Shown: positions 1 through 8,636 of the stretch, in pieces
Numbering within the stretch: position 1 is the stretch's first letter
Layout: each line of letters opens with the position of its first letter
NCBI RefSeq assembly: GCF_050219315.1
Contig: NZ_CP116939.1
Coordinates: forward strand, 85,961 to 117,960
Length of the DNA stretch: 32,000 nt
Reading direction: 5' to 3'
Origin: Megasphaera sueciensis
Lineage (GTDB): Bacteria; Bacillota; Negativicutes; Veillonellales; Megasphaeraceae
Made by a program: the position numbers and the translations under genes
The notes under the pieces: generated by a model
The model's input: the letters and a program-made list of their open reading frames with translations, nothing else
What the model was told of the DNA's origin: nothing
Databases searched by the model: none

Positions 1-19
1 ATTTAAAGGAGACGGTCCG

Positions 20-2254
20 ATGAAGTTCACTTTATATACGGCAAATTGTACGGGCAATGCCAGAAACAGCATCTACCCGAATCAGGCTGACATTGCAAAT
101 GAAGAAGACTTTAAGGCTGCCATCTGCCGCGATCATGTCAGTGCGGAATATAAAAATTTCCATCGCTCCAATGCTGATTATATTGCCGGGAACGTGGATG
201 TCATGGACTGTGACAACGATCACTCGGATCATCCCAAAGACTGGATATATCCTGACATGTATCCAAACATTTTCCCGGATGTTTCTTTTGTCGTTGTTCC
301 CAGCCGCCATGACGGAAAGGTAAAAGGAAAAAAGTCAGCCAGACCGCGGCATCATGTCTATTTTCCTCATCAACCCACTGTAAGTGCGGAAGATTGTTCG
401 AACTTAAAAAAACGTATATATGCGGCGGCACCCTTCTTTGATAAGGGGGCGACAGATGCGGCACGGTTTATGTATGGCTGTCAGCCGGTGGATGTGATAT
501 GGCATGAAGGAAGTAAGACTATAGATGAATTTTTAGACGAGAAATCTTTATGCGATTTTGATAAGGAAACTATTACAGAAGGTTCCCGTAATAAAAGCAT
601 GAGTTGGTTTGCGGGAAAAGTTGTCAAGCGGTATGGCTGCACAGAGGAAGCACGTCGTATTTTCATCGAGAAATCAAAAAGGTGTACGCCGCCGTTAGCG
701 CGGGAAGAACTGGATAGCATATGGGACAGTGCCTTGAAATTTGGCAGGGATTTGGCAAAGCAGGATGGGTATATTGCACCGGAGGAGTACAACAAAGAAC
801 CGGAGTGGGAGATGCCCATTCCTTTTGATGAGTACCATCTGCCGCCTTTCCCGTTGGATGCCCTGCCAAAGGCGGTCGGTGATTATGTGGCGGCACTCTC
901 GGAAAGCACACAGACACCGGTTGATATGGCGGCTACCGCAGCCATTGCAATCCTGTCCGTATGCATGCAGGGGAAATTCAAAATCAGGGCAAAGCCGGAC
1001 TGGATAGAACCTGTCAATATTTTTGTGCTGAATGTCATGAATCCGTCCGAGCGTAAATCTGCGGTCGAAAATGCCATGATACGGCCATTGAATGTATATG
1101 AGTCAGAGCGGAATGTGCAGAATGCAGCGGCAATCGAAGCCAGCAAAATGCAGAAACGGATACTGGAACGCAGGCAGAAAGTGCTGGAGGATCAGGCATC
1201 CAAGGGAAAAGCGGATGCACAAGCAGTCCGAAGAATGGCAGAGGAGATTGCCGGATATAAGGAAATGAAGCCGATGAAGCTGTATGTGGATGATATTACC
1301 ACAGAAAAGCTGACGTCTGTATTGGCGGATAATAACGGACGGGCGGCAATTCTATCCACGGAAGGTGGGATATTTGATACTCTCGCGGGAGCGTATTCCA
1401 AAACCGTCAATATTGACGTTATGCTGAAAGGCTACTCCGGGGACAGCATCCGGGTGGACCGTATCGGCAGGAACAGTGAAAGCATCATGAACCCGGCACT
1501 GACGGTGCTGCTTATGGTACAACCAAGCGTCCTTTCCGGCCTGATGCAGAACGGCGTCTTCCGGGGGCGGGGACTGACAGCACGGTTTTTATACTGTATC
1601 CCGGCATCCTTTGTAGGGAAACGAAAATACCGTTCAGCATCTGTTCCTGATGAGGTGTACCGGGAATATGAGCAGTGCATCCGGAATCTGCTGGAGGATG
1701 AATGTGAAAGAGGGGAAGAAATCATCACCTTATCGCAGGAGGCAGATGCGCTGATAGAAGCCTTTGCCGAAAGGCTGGAGCCTGAGTTAAACAGAACCTA
1801 CGCAGACATTGTGGACTGGGCAGGAAAGCTGGTAGGCAACATTCAGCGTATCGCAGCCCTGTTGTGCCGGGCATCCACATACAGGAACCATGACTTTTTA
1901 GTTGTTCCGGATCCACTTGTGGTGGACGGGGAAACCATGAGAAACAGCATCCGGATCGGAGAATATTTTATAGAACACGCAAGGGCGGCTTTTATGCTGA
2001 TGGGTGCTGACCCGGTTATCAGCCAAAGCAAGAAGGTGATGGATGTGGTAACGAAAAATGGGATGACGGAATTTACACGCAGGGACCTTATGAGGCTCTG
2101 CCGCAATTTCAAGAAAGCAGAGGATGTGCAGCCGGTCTTAACACAACTGGTGGATTACGGCTATATTGCACCGAAGGAACATAAAAACTATTCGGGAAAA
2201 GGAAGGCCTCCTGCACAGACATATCTCGTCAATCCACATATGTATGAGCAGTGA
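20..2254 (+). CDS. Replication protein: AEP-type primase-polymerase N-domain + PriCT-1-like region + DUF3987-type helicase-like C-domain
   Basis: 744-aa ORF with AAGGAG 8 nt upstream of the ATG. It carries the DxD motif (VMDCDND), an sxH motif (PSRH) and HHVYFP, which are typical of archaeo-eukaryotic primases. The long C-terminal half has the layout of phage/plasmid primase-helicases. Confidence 0.8.
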   Translation: MKFTLYTANCTGNARNSIYPNQADIANEEDFKAAICRDHVSAEYKNFHRSNADYIAGNVDVMDCDNDHSDHPKDWIYPDMYPNIFPDVSFVVVPSRHDGKVKGKKSARPRHHVYFPHQPTVSAEDCSNLKKRIYAAAPFFDKGATDAARFMYGCQPVDVIWHEGSKTIDEFLDEKSLCDFDKETITEGSRNKSMSWFAGKVVKRYGCTEEARRIFIEKSKRCTPPLAREELDSIWDSALKFGRDLAKQDGYIAPEEYNKEPEWEMPIPFDEYHLPPFPLDALPKAVGDYVAALSESTQTPVDMAATAAIAILSVCMQGKFKIRAKPDWIEPVNIFVLNVMNPSERKSAVENAMIRPLNVYESERNVQNAAAIEASKMQKRILERRQKVLEDQASKGKADAQAVRRMAEEIAGYKEMKPMKLYVDDITTEKLTSVLADNNGRAAILSTEGGIFDTLAGAYSKTVNIDVMLKGYSGDSIRVDRIGRNSESIMNPALTVLLMVQPSVLSGLMQNGVFRGRGLTARFLYCIPASFVGKRKYRSASVPDEVYREYEQCIRNLLEDECERGEEIITLSQEADALIEAFAERLEPELNRTYADIVDWAGKLVGNIQRIAALLCRASTYRNHDFLVVPDPLVVDGETMRNSIRIGEYFIEHARAAFMLMGADPVISQSKKVMDVVTKNGMTEFTRRDLMRLCRNFKKAEDVQPVLTQLVDYGYIAPKEHKNYSGKGRPPAQTYLVNPHMYEQ

Positions 2255-2255
2255 C

Positions 2256-2420
2256 TTTTGTCCTTTTTGTCCTTTCTGTCCCTATACCATATGTAAATAT
2301 ATGGGTATATATGTCCTTATAGTAACAGATACATATAGATACATATTTTTACTTATATTTATATTTATATTTTCATTCGTACACGCTATAGGACAGTGTG
2401 ACAAAAAGGACAAAAATAGG
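2256..2420. repeat. Ori-like spacer: inverted sets of TGTCC iterons flanking an AT-rich core with tandem repeats
   Basis: TGTCC occurs at 2259, 2268 and 2277 (exact 9-bp period). The inverse GGACA/TGACA occurs at 2391, 2399 and 2408. Between them lie agatacatat x2 (2327-2346) and ttatat x3 (2353-2370). The region sits immediately downstream of the primase gene. Confidence 0.5.
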
Positions 2421-2468
2421 AAGACTTTCAATGATGACATGGGAGAAAGGTGGGAAGGAGTATGTGAA

Positions 2469-2750
2469 ATGCGGGAAAAAGTAATCGAGCAGAAACTTGC
2501 GACAGCCGTAAAAAAGGCAGGCGGTATGGCACTGAAGTTTGTTAGTTCCGGCTTTGATGGAATGCCGGACCGGTTAGTATTATTGCCGGGCGGCAGGATA
2601 GCCTTTGTAGAAGTAAAAGCACCGGGAAAGAAGTCACGTCCTCTTCAGCTGGCAAGGCATCGTATGCTGCGGGAGTTGGGATTTCGTGTTTATGTTATTG
2701 ACAGCGCAGATCAGATTGGAGGGATGCTGGATGCAATACAAGCCTCATGA
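2469..2750 (+). CDS. VRR-NUC domain nuclease
   Basis: I took the internal ATG at 2469 because GGAAGGAG lies about 8 nt upstream. The 94 aa include GMPDRLVLLPGGRIAFVEVKAPGKK, a PD-(D/E)xK-type VRR-NUC core. The N-terminal extension in the track (2166-2468) runs through the repeat spacer. Confidence 0.8.
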   Translation: MREKVIEQKLATAVKKAGGMALKFVSSGFDGMPDRLVLLPGGRIAFVEVKAPGKKSRPLQLARHRMLRELGFRVYVIDSADQIGGMLDAIQAS

Positions 2751-4086
2751 GTACCAACAATATGCCATTTCTTATATCGAAAGCCATCCCACGGCGGCAG
2801 TCCTGTTGGATATGGGTCTTGGCAAAACAAGCATCGCGCTGACGGCGATCCAAAATCTTTTGTTTGATAGCTTTGACGTTCATCGCGTTTTAGTGATATG
2901 CCCGTTGCGTGTGGAAGCCGTATGGGCAAATGAAATGCAGCATTGGGATCATCTGCATCGATTGCAATATACCGTGGCAGTGGGTACAGAAGCAGAACGA
3001 CTGTCGGCACTGAAAGCACAGGCGGATATTTATGTCATCAACCGTGAGAATGTGCAGTGGCTGATTGAGAAAAGCGGGATCCCCTTTGATTTTGACATGG
3101 TGGTTGTGGATGAACTTTCATCATTCAAGAATTACCAGTCCAAGCGGTTCAAAGCACTGATGAAAGCAAGACCGAAGGTAAAAAGAATGGTGGGTCTGAC
3201 AGGGACCCCTTCTTCAAACGGTTTGATGGATTTATTTGCCGAGTTCAAGTTGCTGGATATGGGGAAGCGGCTTGGCAGATTCATCGGACAGTACCGCAGC
3301 ACTTACTTTACACCGGACAAGCGGAATGGGCAGGTCGTTTTCAGCTACAGACCACTGCCGGGAGCCGAGGACCAAATATACCGGAAAATATCGGACATTT
3401 CTATTTCCATGAAATCCACGGACCACCTGCTTATGCCGGAACTCATCAGCAGCCAGTATGAAGTGCAATTATCTGATGCGGAACGTAAACGGTATGAAGA
3501 ACTGAAGAAGGATCTGGTACTGCAGCTGCCGGACGGTGATGTCACAGCCGCCAATGCGGCATCCCTCACGATGAAGCTTTCCCAGATGGCAAACGGTGCG
3601 ATCTATTCTGATGACGGGACGGTGCTTCCTATTCATGACCGGAAGCTGGATGCATTGGAAGATATCATCGAAAGCGCCAACGGCAAGCCGGTTCTGGTGG
3701 CCTATTGGTTTAAGCACGATTTAGTACGGATCCGGCAGCGGTTTACCGTGAGGGCAATCAATACCTCGCAGGATATAGCGGACTGGAACGCCGGTGCGAT
3801 TCCCATTGCAGTTATTCATCCGGCATCCGCCGGTCATGGACTGAACCTGCAGCAGGGCGGCTCCACGCTTGTCTGGTTCGGATTGACATGGAGTCTGGAG
3901 TTGTACCAGCAGACGAATGCCAGACTCTGGCGACAGGGACAGACATCTAGAACCGTGGTCATTCAGCATATCATCACGAAAGGGACCATCGACGGACGCA
4001 TCCTGAAGGCCCTGAAAGAAAAAAACAAGACCCAGGCTGCACTGATTGATGCAGTCCGGGCCAGCTTGCGAGGAGGCAGCCTATGA
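2731..4086 (+). CDS. SNF2-family DEAD/DEAH-box helicase
   Basis: I took the start at ATG 2731 (GGAGGG upstream). Motifs seen are LLDMGLGKT (I), VVVDELSSF (II), LTGTPSSN (III) and AGHGLNLQ / RLWRQGQ in the C-terminal helicase lobe. Confidence 0.9.
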   Translation: MQYKPHEYQQYAISYIESHPTAAVLLDMGLGKTSIALTAIQNLLFDSFDVHRVLVICPLRVEAVWANEMQHWDHLHRLQYTVAVGTEAERLSALKAQADIYVINRENVQWLIEKSGIPFDFDMVVVDELSSFKNYQSKRFKALMKARPKVKRMVGLTGTPSSNGLMDLFAEFKLLDMGKRLGRFIGQYRSTYFTPDKRNGQVVFSYRPLPGAEDQIYRKISDISISMKSTDHLLMPELISSQYEVQLSDAERKRYEELKKDLVLQLPDGDVTAANAASLTMKLSQMANGAIYSDDGTVLPIHDRKLDALEDIIESANGKPVLVAYWFKHDLVRIRQRFTVRAINTSQDIADWNAGAIPIAVIHPASAGHGLNLQQGGSTLVWFGLTWSLELYQQTNARLWRQGQTSRTVVIQHIITKGTIDGRILKALKEKNKTQAALIDAVRASLRGGSL

Positions 4087-4541
4087 GTGTTATCTGGAAG
4101 TACCTGAACAAACGAAGCGGTGCCATTGATGCCATCAGGGATTACGACAGCATGACGTTCATCATCGACAACACCAGCGAGGATATCAAGCAGGCATATG
4201 CTGCCATGACCAGCCTGCATCCGTCCGGCTCCGATGGGATGCCGCACTCCTGCAATCCGCATGTCGCAGAAGATCATATCATCTCCGGCATGGCAGACAT
4301 CGACATCCTGAAGGAACGTTATCGGCAGGCTGTGGAATACATGACGTGGTTCCGTCCTGCATGGGAGAAGCTAAGTAGCGATGAGCAGTATGTACTGGAA
4401 ACCTTCTATGCTGACGAGGATGCACAGACGAGCGCCGTCTATGCCATAGCTGATCATTTCCACATCGAGCGATCATCCGCCTATAAGAGGAAGAATCGTG
4501 CATTGGCTAAGTTTGCCATTCTTTTGTTTGGAAAGACATGA
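4083..4541 (+). CDS. Putative phage late-gene transcriptional regulator (sigma-70 region-4-like HTH, RinA/ArpU/DUF1492-like)
   Basis: ATGA overlap with the helicase gene. The C-terminus LSSDEQYVLETFYADEDAQTSAVYAIADHFHIERSSAYKRKNRALAKFA resembles a sigma region 4 HTH. The gene sits just upstream of the packaging module. Confidence 0.5.
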   Translation: MSVIWKYLNKRSGAIDAIRDYDSMTFIIDNTSEDIKQAYAAMTSLHPSGSDGMPHSCNPHVAEDHIISGMADIDILKERYRQAVEYMTWFRPAWEKLSSDEQYVLETFYADEDAQTSAVYAIADHFHIERSSAYKRKNRALAKFAILLFGKT

Positions 4542-4606
4542 TGTCCAAAATCGCGGACGCATTTATTCATTTGACGTGTTATACTAATAGCATGAAAGTA
4601 TGAGAG

Positions 4607-4640
4607 AAGCCTTCGAGGGAGCAATCCTTTGGAGGCTTTT
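4607..4640 (+). terminator. Stem-loop with a GCAA (GNRA) tetraloop and a short T run, a candidate terminator/attenuator before the packaging genes
   Basis: 4607-4620 pairs with 4625-4638 (14 bp including 3 G-U). The loop is GCAA at 4621-4624, and TTTT at 4637-4640 is partly within the stem. Confidence 0.35.
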
Positions 4641-4653
4641 GCTATGTCTGGAG

Positions 4654-5043
4654 ATGAGTGCTTTGCCTTGGAAACCAAAGAAACCGTGCGCCTACCCCGG
4701 CTGCAAAGAGCTGACCGTGAATCGGTACTGCGAGCAGCATCAAAAATTAATGGACAAACGTTATGACACGTACGAGCGCAACCCTGTTGTCAAGAAACGA
4801 TACGGCAGAGCGTGGAAACGCATCCGGGACCGGTACATCGGAAGGCATCCCCTGTGTGAGATGTGTCTGAAGAACCACAAGACCATACCGGCAACGGAGG
4901 TACACCATATCCGTCCCCTATCCCGCGGCGGCACCCATGACGAGGATAACCTTATGGCATTATGCAAGCCGTGCCACTCGAAGATAACCGCCAAGATGGA
5001 CGACCGCTGGCATCATGCCAAAAAGGAATACCACTACGAATGA
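4654..5043 (+). CDS. Phage HNH endonuclease
   Basis: Motifs CEMC...EVHHIRPLSRGGTHDEDNLMALCKPCHSKIT are present. The position immediately upstream of terS is typical of cos-type HK97-like packaging modules. The choice of start (4654 versus 4600) is uncertain. Confidence 0.85.
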   Translation: MSALPWKPKKPCAYPGCKELTVNRYCEQHQKLMDKRYDTYERNPVVKKRYGRAWKRIRDRYIGRHPLCEMCLKNHKTIPATEVHHIRPLSRGGTHDEDNLMALCKPCHSKITAKMDDRWHHAKKEYHYE

Positions 5044-5172
5044 CTACACTCCGCCGGGAGGGGCGGTCCAAATCTCTGGCGCGCCGAAATGCTAGACCGG
5101 TGCTGGGGTCACACGCACAAAAACTGCGGTTCAAACAGGGGATTTACCGCATGAGAAAGGAGTTGAACAGCC

Positions 5173-5739
5173 ATGGCCAAGGACGGAACCAATCGCGGCG
5201 GCAGACGGATCCGCGCCGGGGACAAGCCGGAGGCGCTGGCCGACAAGATTGCCAAGGGAAAGGCAGCCACCATTATCGATCTGCCGACACCCAACTTAGA
5301 AGGGGCGGATTTAAATGATGCCGCAGATCTCACCGGCGAGGACATGCCGAATCCCAGCGATTATTTATCTGCCCGGCAACGGGACGGCAAGCCGCTCGGT
5401 GCCGACGACCTGTTTCGCCAGACCTGGAAATGGCTGAAGGACCGCGGCTGCGAACGGCTCGTCAATCCCCGGCTGCTGGAAGCCTATGCCCAGGCATTCG
5501 CCCGGTATATCCAGTGCGAGGAAGCCATCAGCACGTATGGATTGCTCGGCAAGCACCCCACAACCGGCGGTGCGATTACCAGTCCGTTTGTGCAGATGAG
5601 CCAGTCGTTCCAGAAACAGGCAAACCTGCTCTGGTATGAGATTTTCGATATCGTCAAGCAAAATTGTACGACGACCTTCGTAGGGACTCCGCAGGATACA
5701 ATGATGGAGCACCTGTTGCAGGCGCGGAAAGGAAAATAA
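5173..5739 (+). CDS. terS: Terminase small subunit, P27-family-like
   Basis: 188 aa with a basic N-terminus (GTNRGGRRIRAGDKPE). The gene order is HNH-terS. I recognise a general similarity to P27-type small terminases but ran no search. Confidence 0.7.
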   Translation: MAKDGTNRGGRRIRAGDKPEALADKIAKGKAATIIDLPTPNLEGADLNDAADLTGEDMPNPSDYLSARQRDGKPLGADDLFRQTWKWLKDRGCERLVNPRLLEAYAQAFARYIQCEEAISTYGLLGKHPTTGGAITSPFVQMSQSFQKQANLLWYEIFDIVKQNCTTTFVGTPQDTMMEHLLQARKGK

Positions 5740-5741
5740 CC

Positions 5742-6971
5742 ATGGAATTAATCAAAAAGAATATACAAGACCTCATCCCGGCAGCCTATAATCCGAGAAA
5801 GGATTTGCAGCCGGGCGACCCGGAGTACGAAAAGCTGAAACGCTCGCTGGACGAGTTCGGTTACGTCGAGCCGGTCATTTGGAACAAGCGTACCGGCAAC
5901 GTGGTCGGCGGCCACCAGCGCCTAAAGGTGCTCCAGCAGGAAGGCATCTCGGAAATCGACTGCGTTGTAATCGACATGGACACCGAAAAGGAGAAAGCCT
6001 TAAACATCGCGCTCAATAAAATCAGCGGCGACTGGGATACGGATAAATTAGCACTGCTCATTACCGACCTGCAGGGCAGCGATTTTGATGTATCGCTTAC
6101 CGGGTTTGATCCGGCAGAACTGGACGACCTTTTCAAGGACGATATGAAGGATGGTGTGCATGATGATGATTTTGATGTGGATGCCGAGCTTAAGAAACCG
6201 GTATTCTCCAAGGCCGGTGATGTGTGGCAGTTGGGAACGCATCGCCTGCTCTGCGGCGATAGCACCCAGCCGGAAACATACCAGCGATTACTGCAGGGAA
6301 CACCGGTCAATCTGGTGCTTACTGATCCGCCATATAATGTCAACTACGAAGGCCGGGCCGGAAAAATCAAGAACGACCATCTGCAGAACGACAAGTTCTA
6401 TGAGTTCCTGCTCGCCGCTTTCACCTGCATGCATACGGTCATGGCAGAGGATGCCAGCATCTATGTATTCCACGCCGACACCGAAGGACTTAACTTCAGG
6501 AAAGCCTTCTCGGATGCCGGTTTTTATTTATCCGGCTGCTGCATCTGGAAAAAGCAGTCGCTGGTGCTGGGACGCTCTCCCTACCAATGGCAGCATGAGC
6601 CGGTGCTGTACGGCTGGAAGAAGAAAGGAAAGCATGAATGGTACACCGGACGGAAGGAATCCACTATCTGGGAGTTTGATAAGCCGAAAAAGAATACGGA
6701 CCATCCTACCATGAAGCCAATCCCGCTTTTAGCCTACCCCATCCTGAATTCCAGCATGACCGGCTGCACTGTGCTCGATCCGTTCGGCGGCAGCGGTTCG
6801 ACGCTGCTGGCCTGTGAGCAAACGAAGCGACGCTGCTACATGGTGGAGCTGGATGAAAAGTTCTGTGATGTCATTGTGAAACGGTATATCGAACAGGTCG
6901 GCTCGAGCGAACAGGTAACCGTGACACGGAATGGAAAAACGTATACCTATACTGAAGTGGATGCAACATGA
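5742..6971 (+). CDS. ParB-N (sulfiredoxin-like) domain fused to a beta-class N6A/N4C DNA methyltransferase
   Basis: I took the start at ATG 5742, directly after the terS stop. The N-terminus has NPRKD...VGGHQR (ParB-like). Motif IV TDPPYNV comes before motif I DPFGGSGST, which is the beta-class order. Confidence 0.85.
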   Translation: MELIKKNIQDLIPAAYNPRKDLQPGDPEYEKLKRSLDEFGYVEPVIWNKRTGNVVGGHQRLKVLQQEGISEIDCVVIDMDTEKEKALNIALNKISGDWDTDKLALLITDLQGSDFDVSLTGFDPAELDDLFKDDMKDGVHDDDFDVDAELKKPVFSKAGDVWQLGTHRLLCGDSTQPETYQRLLQGTPVNLVLTDPPYNVNYEGRAGKIKNDHLQNDKFYEFLLAAFTCMHTVMAEDASIYVFHADTEGLNFRKAFSDAGFYLSGCCIWKKQSLVLGRSPYQWQHEPVLYGWKKKGKHEWYTGRKESTIWEFDKPKKNTDHPTMKPIPLLAYPILNSSMTGCTVLDPFGGSGSTLLACEQTKRRCYMVELDEKFCDVIVKRYIEQVGSSEQVTVTRNGKTYTYTEVDAT

Positions 6972-7519
6972 TGCGTGTATTTATCAACCCCGGGCATGAC
7001 CGGGAACGGGACAGCGGTGCAGTAAACCCAAACACCGGACTGCGGGAATGTGATGTGGCGGCAACTATTGGGGAATTAGTGAAGGGATATTTGGAGTCGG
7101 CAGGCTGCGAGGTGCAGCTCTTGCAAAGCGATAACCTGGCTGGTGAAACACCGGATCTGCCCTGCGTGGTGGATACGGCAAATACCTGGCCTGCCGATGT
7201 ATTTGTCAGCCTGCACTGCAATGCCGACAGCGGCTGCGCCCGTGGTACGGAGACGCTTATCTATGCCAACGACAGCGGTTCGTCTCCGCAGCTTGCCTCC
7301 TGCATCCAGTCGCAGATTGTACAGAGCCTTGGCACGGTGGACTGCGGCCTAAAGGAACGGCCCAACCTCATCGTGCTGAAGGACACCACGATGACCGCTG
7401 TCTTAGTAGAAACAGCTTTTATTGATAACGACGATGATGCCGTGCTGCTCACGAATAACACGGATGATTTCGCCCGGGCGATTGCCCGCGGCATAACAGA
7501 TTTTGAAGGGAGATGCTAA
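6968..7519 (+). CDS. N-acetylmuramoyl-L-alanine amidase (Amidase_3 type endolysin)
   Basis: Motifs seen are INPGHD...DSGA, FVSLHCNA and VLVETAFIDN. ATGA overlap with the methyltransferase gene. Confidence 0.85.
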   Translation: MMRVFINPGHDRERDSGAVNPNTGLRECDVAATIGELVKGYLESAGCEVQLLQSDNLAGETPDLPCVVDTANTWPADVFVSLHCNADSGCARGTETLIYANDSGSSPQLASCIQSQIVQSLGTVDCGLKERPNLIVLKDTTMTAVLVETAFIDNDDDAVLLTNNTDDFARAIARGITDFEGRC

Positions 7520-7520
7520 T

Positions 7521-7796
7521 ATGGATATCGAAATGATTAAAAATGAACTCAAGGAACATATTCTGGACTCGGTCCAGGAGGATGCCAAGAACGCCACCAT
7601 TTCCTGGCTGAATACAACGGTGCTTCCGGCAGCCAAAGAAGTAGCGGATGCCTACACAGCCGCGTTGCAGGAATCTGCTGGCAAGGAAACCGGTTGGAGC
7701 AAGTTCCGCGATCAATGCTTCCTGCCGACGCTGATTGATGGCGGCTTGTGGCTGACTGGAAAACTGCTCGGTAAAATGGCGGCAGTACAAGAATAA
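7521..7796 (+). CDS. Small hypothetical protein with a hydrophobic C-terminal segment
   Basis: ATG 7521 has GAAGGGAG 8 nt upstream. 91 aa, with FLPTLIDGGLWLTGKLLGKMAAV near the C-terminus. I recognise no family. Confidence 0.45.
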   Translation: MDIEMIKNELKEHILDSVQEDAKNATISWLNTTVLPAAKEVADAYTAALQESAGKETGWSKFRDQCFLPTLIDGGLWLTGKLLGKMAAVQE

Positions 7797-7823
7797 TCTG
7801 TACAAATTATGGTACAAACCCCT

Positions 7824-7832
7824 TGCTATAAT
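7824..7832 (+). promoter_or_regulatory. Extended -10 promoter (TGCTATAAT) for the 7885 gene
   Basis: TGnTATAAT is present at 7824-7832. It is enclosed by a perfect 9-bp inverted repeat, aaacccctt (7816-7824) / aaggggttt (7870-7878), whose right arm covers the RBS. Confidence 0.35.
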
Positions 7833-7884
7833 TGCCGGTTAGAGTGATATATGTACATGACAAAAACGAAAGGGGTTTACTACT

Positions 7885-8568
7885 ATGAAAATTTTGTACC
7901 ATGCACAAGGAAAAACACGTAAGGAACTGGCCAATGCCGTCAGCACTATTACCAGAGAAAAGGCGGTCTACCAATTCATGCCAACCTGCGCCTATGCTAT
8001 CGGCGCTTTCACCGTCGACAAGGACGGAAACCTACTCTACGAAGCAGATACTGATAGCAAGATTGTCCAAACGGTGCTGGCCGGTTTGGAAAAAGCAGGA
8101 TTTACCGCCGAGGAATCAAATAATCTTACCAAAGAACCTGACGACTTGGTTATTGCTATGCCGCGTTCTTTTTTCACTGATACGGCACTGGAAAATCTGA
8201 AGAAGCTGATCCAGGCCAAGAGCAACATTATGTTAAAAGTTTTCCAAATCGATCTGCTGCGGATGCAGGTAACAGAGGATAAAGTGTTATTCCCCTGGTT
8301 TACCGGCTGCCCGGATACCGATACGGTCAAAGCCTACACTCATTTCATTACGGCCCTCTGCCATCTGGCAAAGAAACAGAAACGGGTATTGGCAACGGAG
8401 CACCCATCCATCAACGAGAAATACGACTTCCGCTGCTTTCTGCTCCGGCTTGGTTTTATCGGTACGGAATACAAGGAAGAACGGAAGTTGCTCCTGCAGC
8501 ACCTTTCCGGTTCCTCGGCCTTTAAAAACGGCAGAAAGGAACAACACCATGATGAAATATCCGAATAA
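7885..8568 (+). CDS. Conserved mobile-element protein of unknown function (moron-like unit)
   Basis: 227-aa ORF with its own promoter-like element and its own terminator. From memory, the C-terminal FRCFLLRLGFIGTEYKEERKLLLQHLSGSSAFK resembles proteins recurrent in Firmicutes phage/ICE regions that are generically labelled virulence-related. This is unverified. Confidence 0.55.
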   Translation: MKILYHAQGKTRKELANAVSTITREKAVYQFMPTCAYAIGAFTVDKDGNLLYEADTDSKIVQTVLAGLEKAGFTAEESNNLTKEPDDLVIAMPRSFFTDTALENLKKLIQAKSNIMLKVFQIDLLRMQVTEDKVLFPWFTGCPDTDTVKAYTHFITALCHLAKKQKRVLATEHPSINEKYDFRCFLLRLGFIGTEYKEERKLLLQHLSGSSAFKNGRKEQHHDEISE

Positions 8569-8608
8569 ATTCATGAGAAAATAATATATACCATTACACC
8601 CTATACCA

Positions 8609-8636
8609 AGACTGCCCACTTCGGCGGTCTTTTTTG
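8609..8636 (+). terminator. Rho-independent terminator
   Basis: agactgcc (8609-8616) pairs with ggcggtct (8623-8630), with one G-U. The loop is cacttc, followed by TTTTT. Confidence 0.6.

Noticed and set aside
2166-2468. N-terminal extension of the VRR-NUC ORF in the track (start at 2166)
   Set aside because: It overlaps the primase gene end and translates the iteron/AT-rich spacer into low-complexity sequence (FCPFCPFCP, IFIFIF). A strong RBS precedes the internal ATG at 2469.
4962-5318. 118-aa Arg-rich ORF spanning the HNH end, the intergenic gap and the terS start
   Set aside because: It is out of frame with two well-supported genes, its composition reflects GC-rich antisense/alternate frames, and it has no RBS.
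5664-5741. Upstream start for the ParB-methyltransferase ORF, and likewise 2686 for the SNF2 gene, 4600 for HNH, 28284 for clpB and 29797 for the lipoprotein
   Set aside because: The longer starts overlap the preceding gene or lack an RBS. The internal ATGs give canonical N-termini with Shine-Dalgarno sequences at proper spacing.
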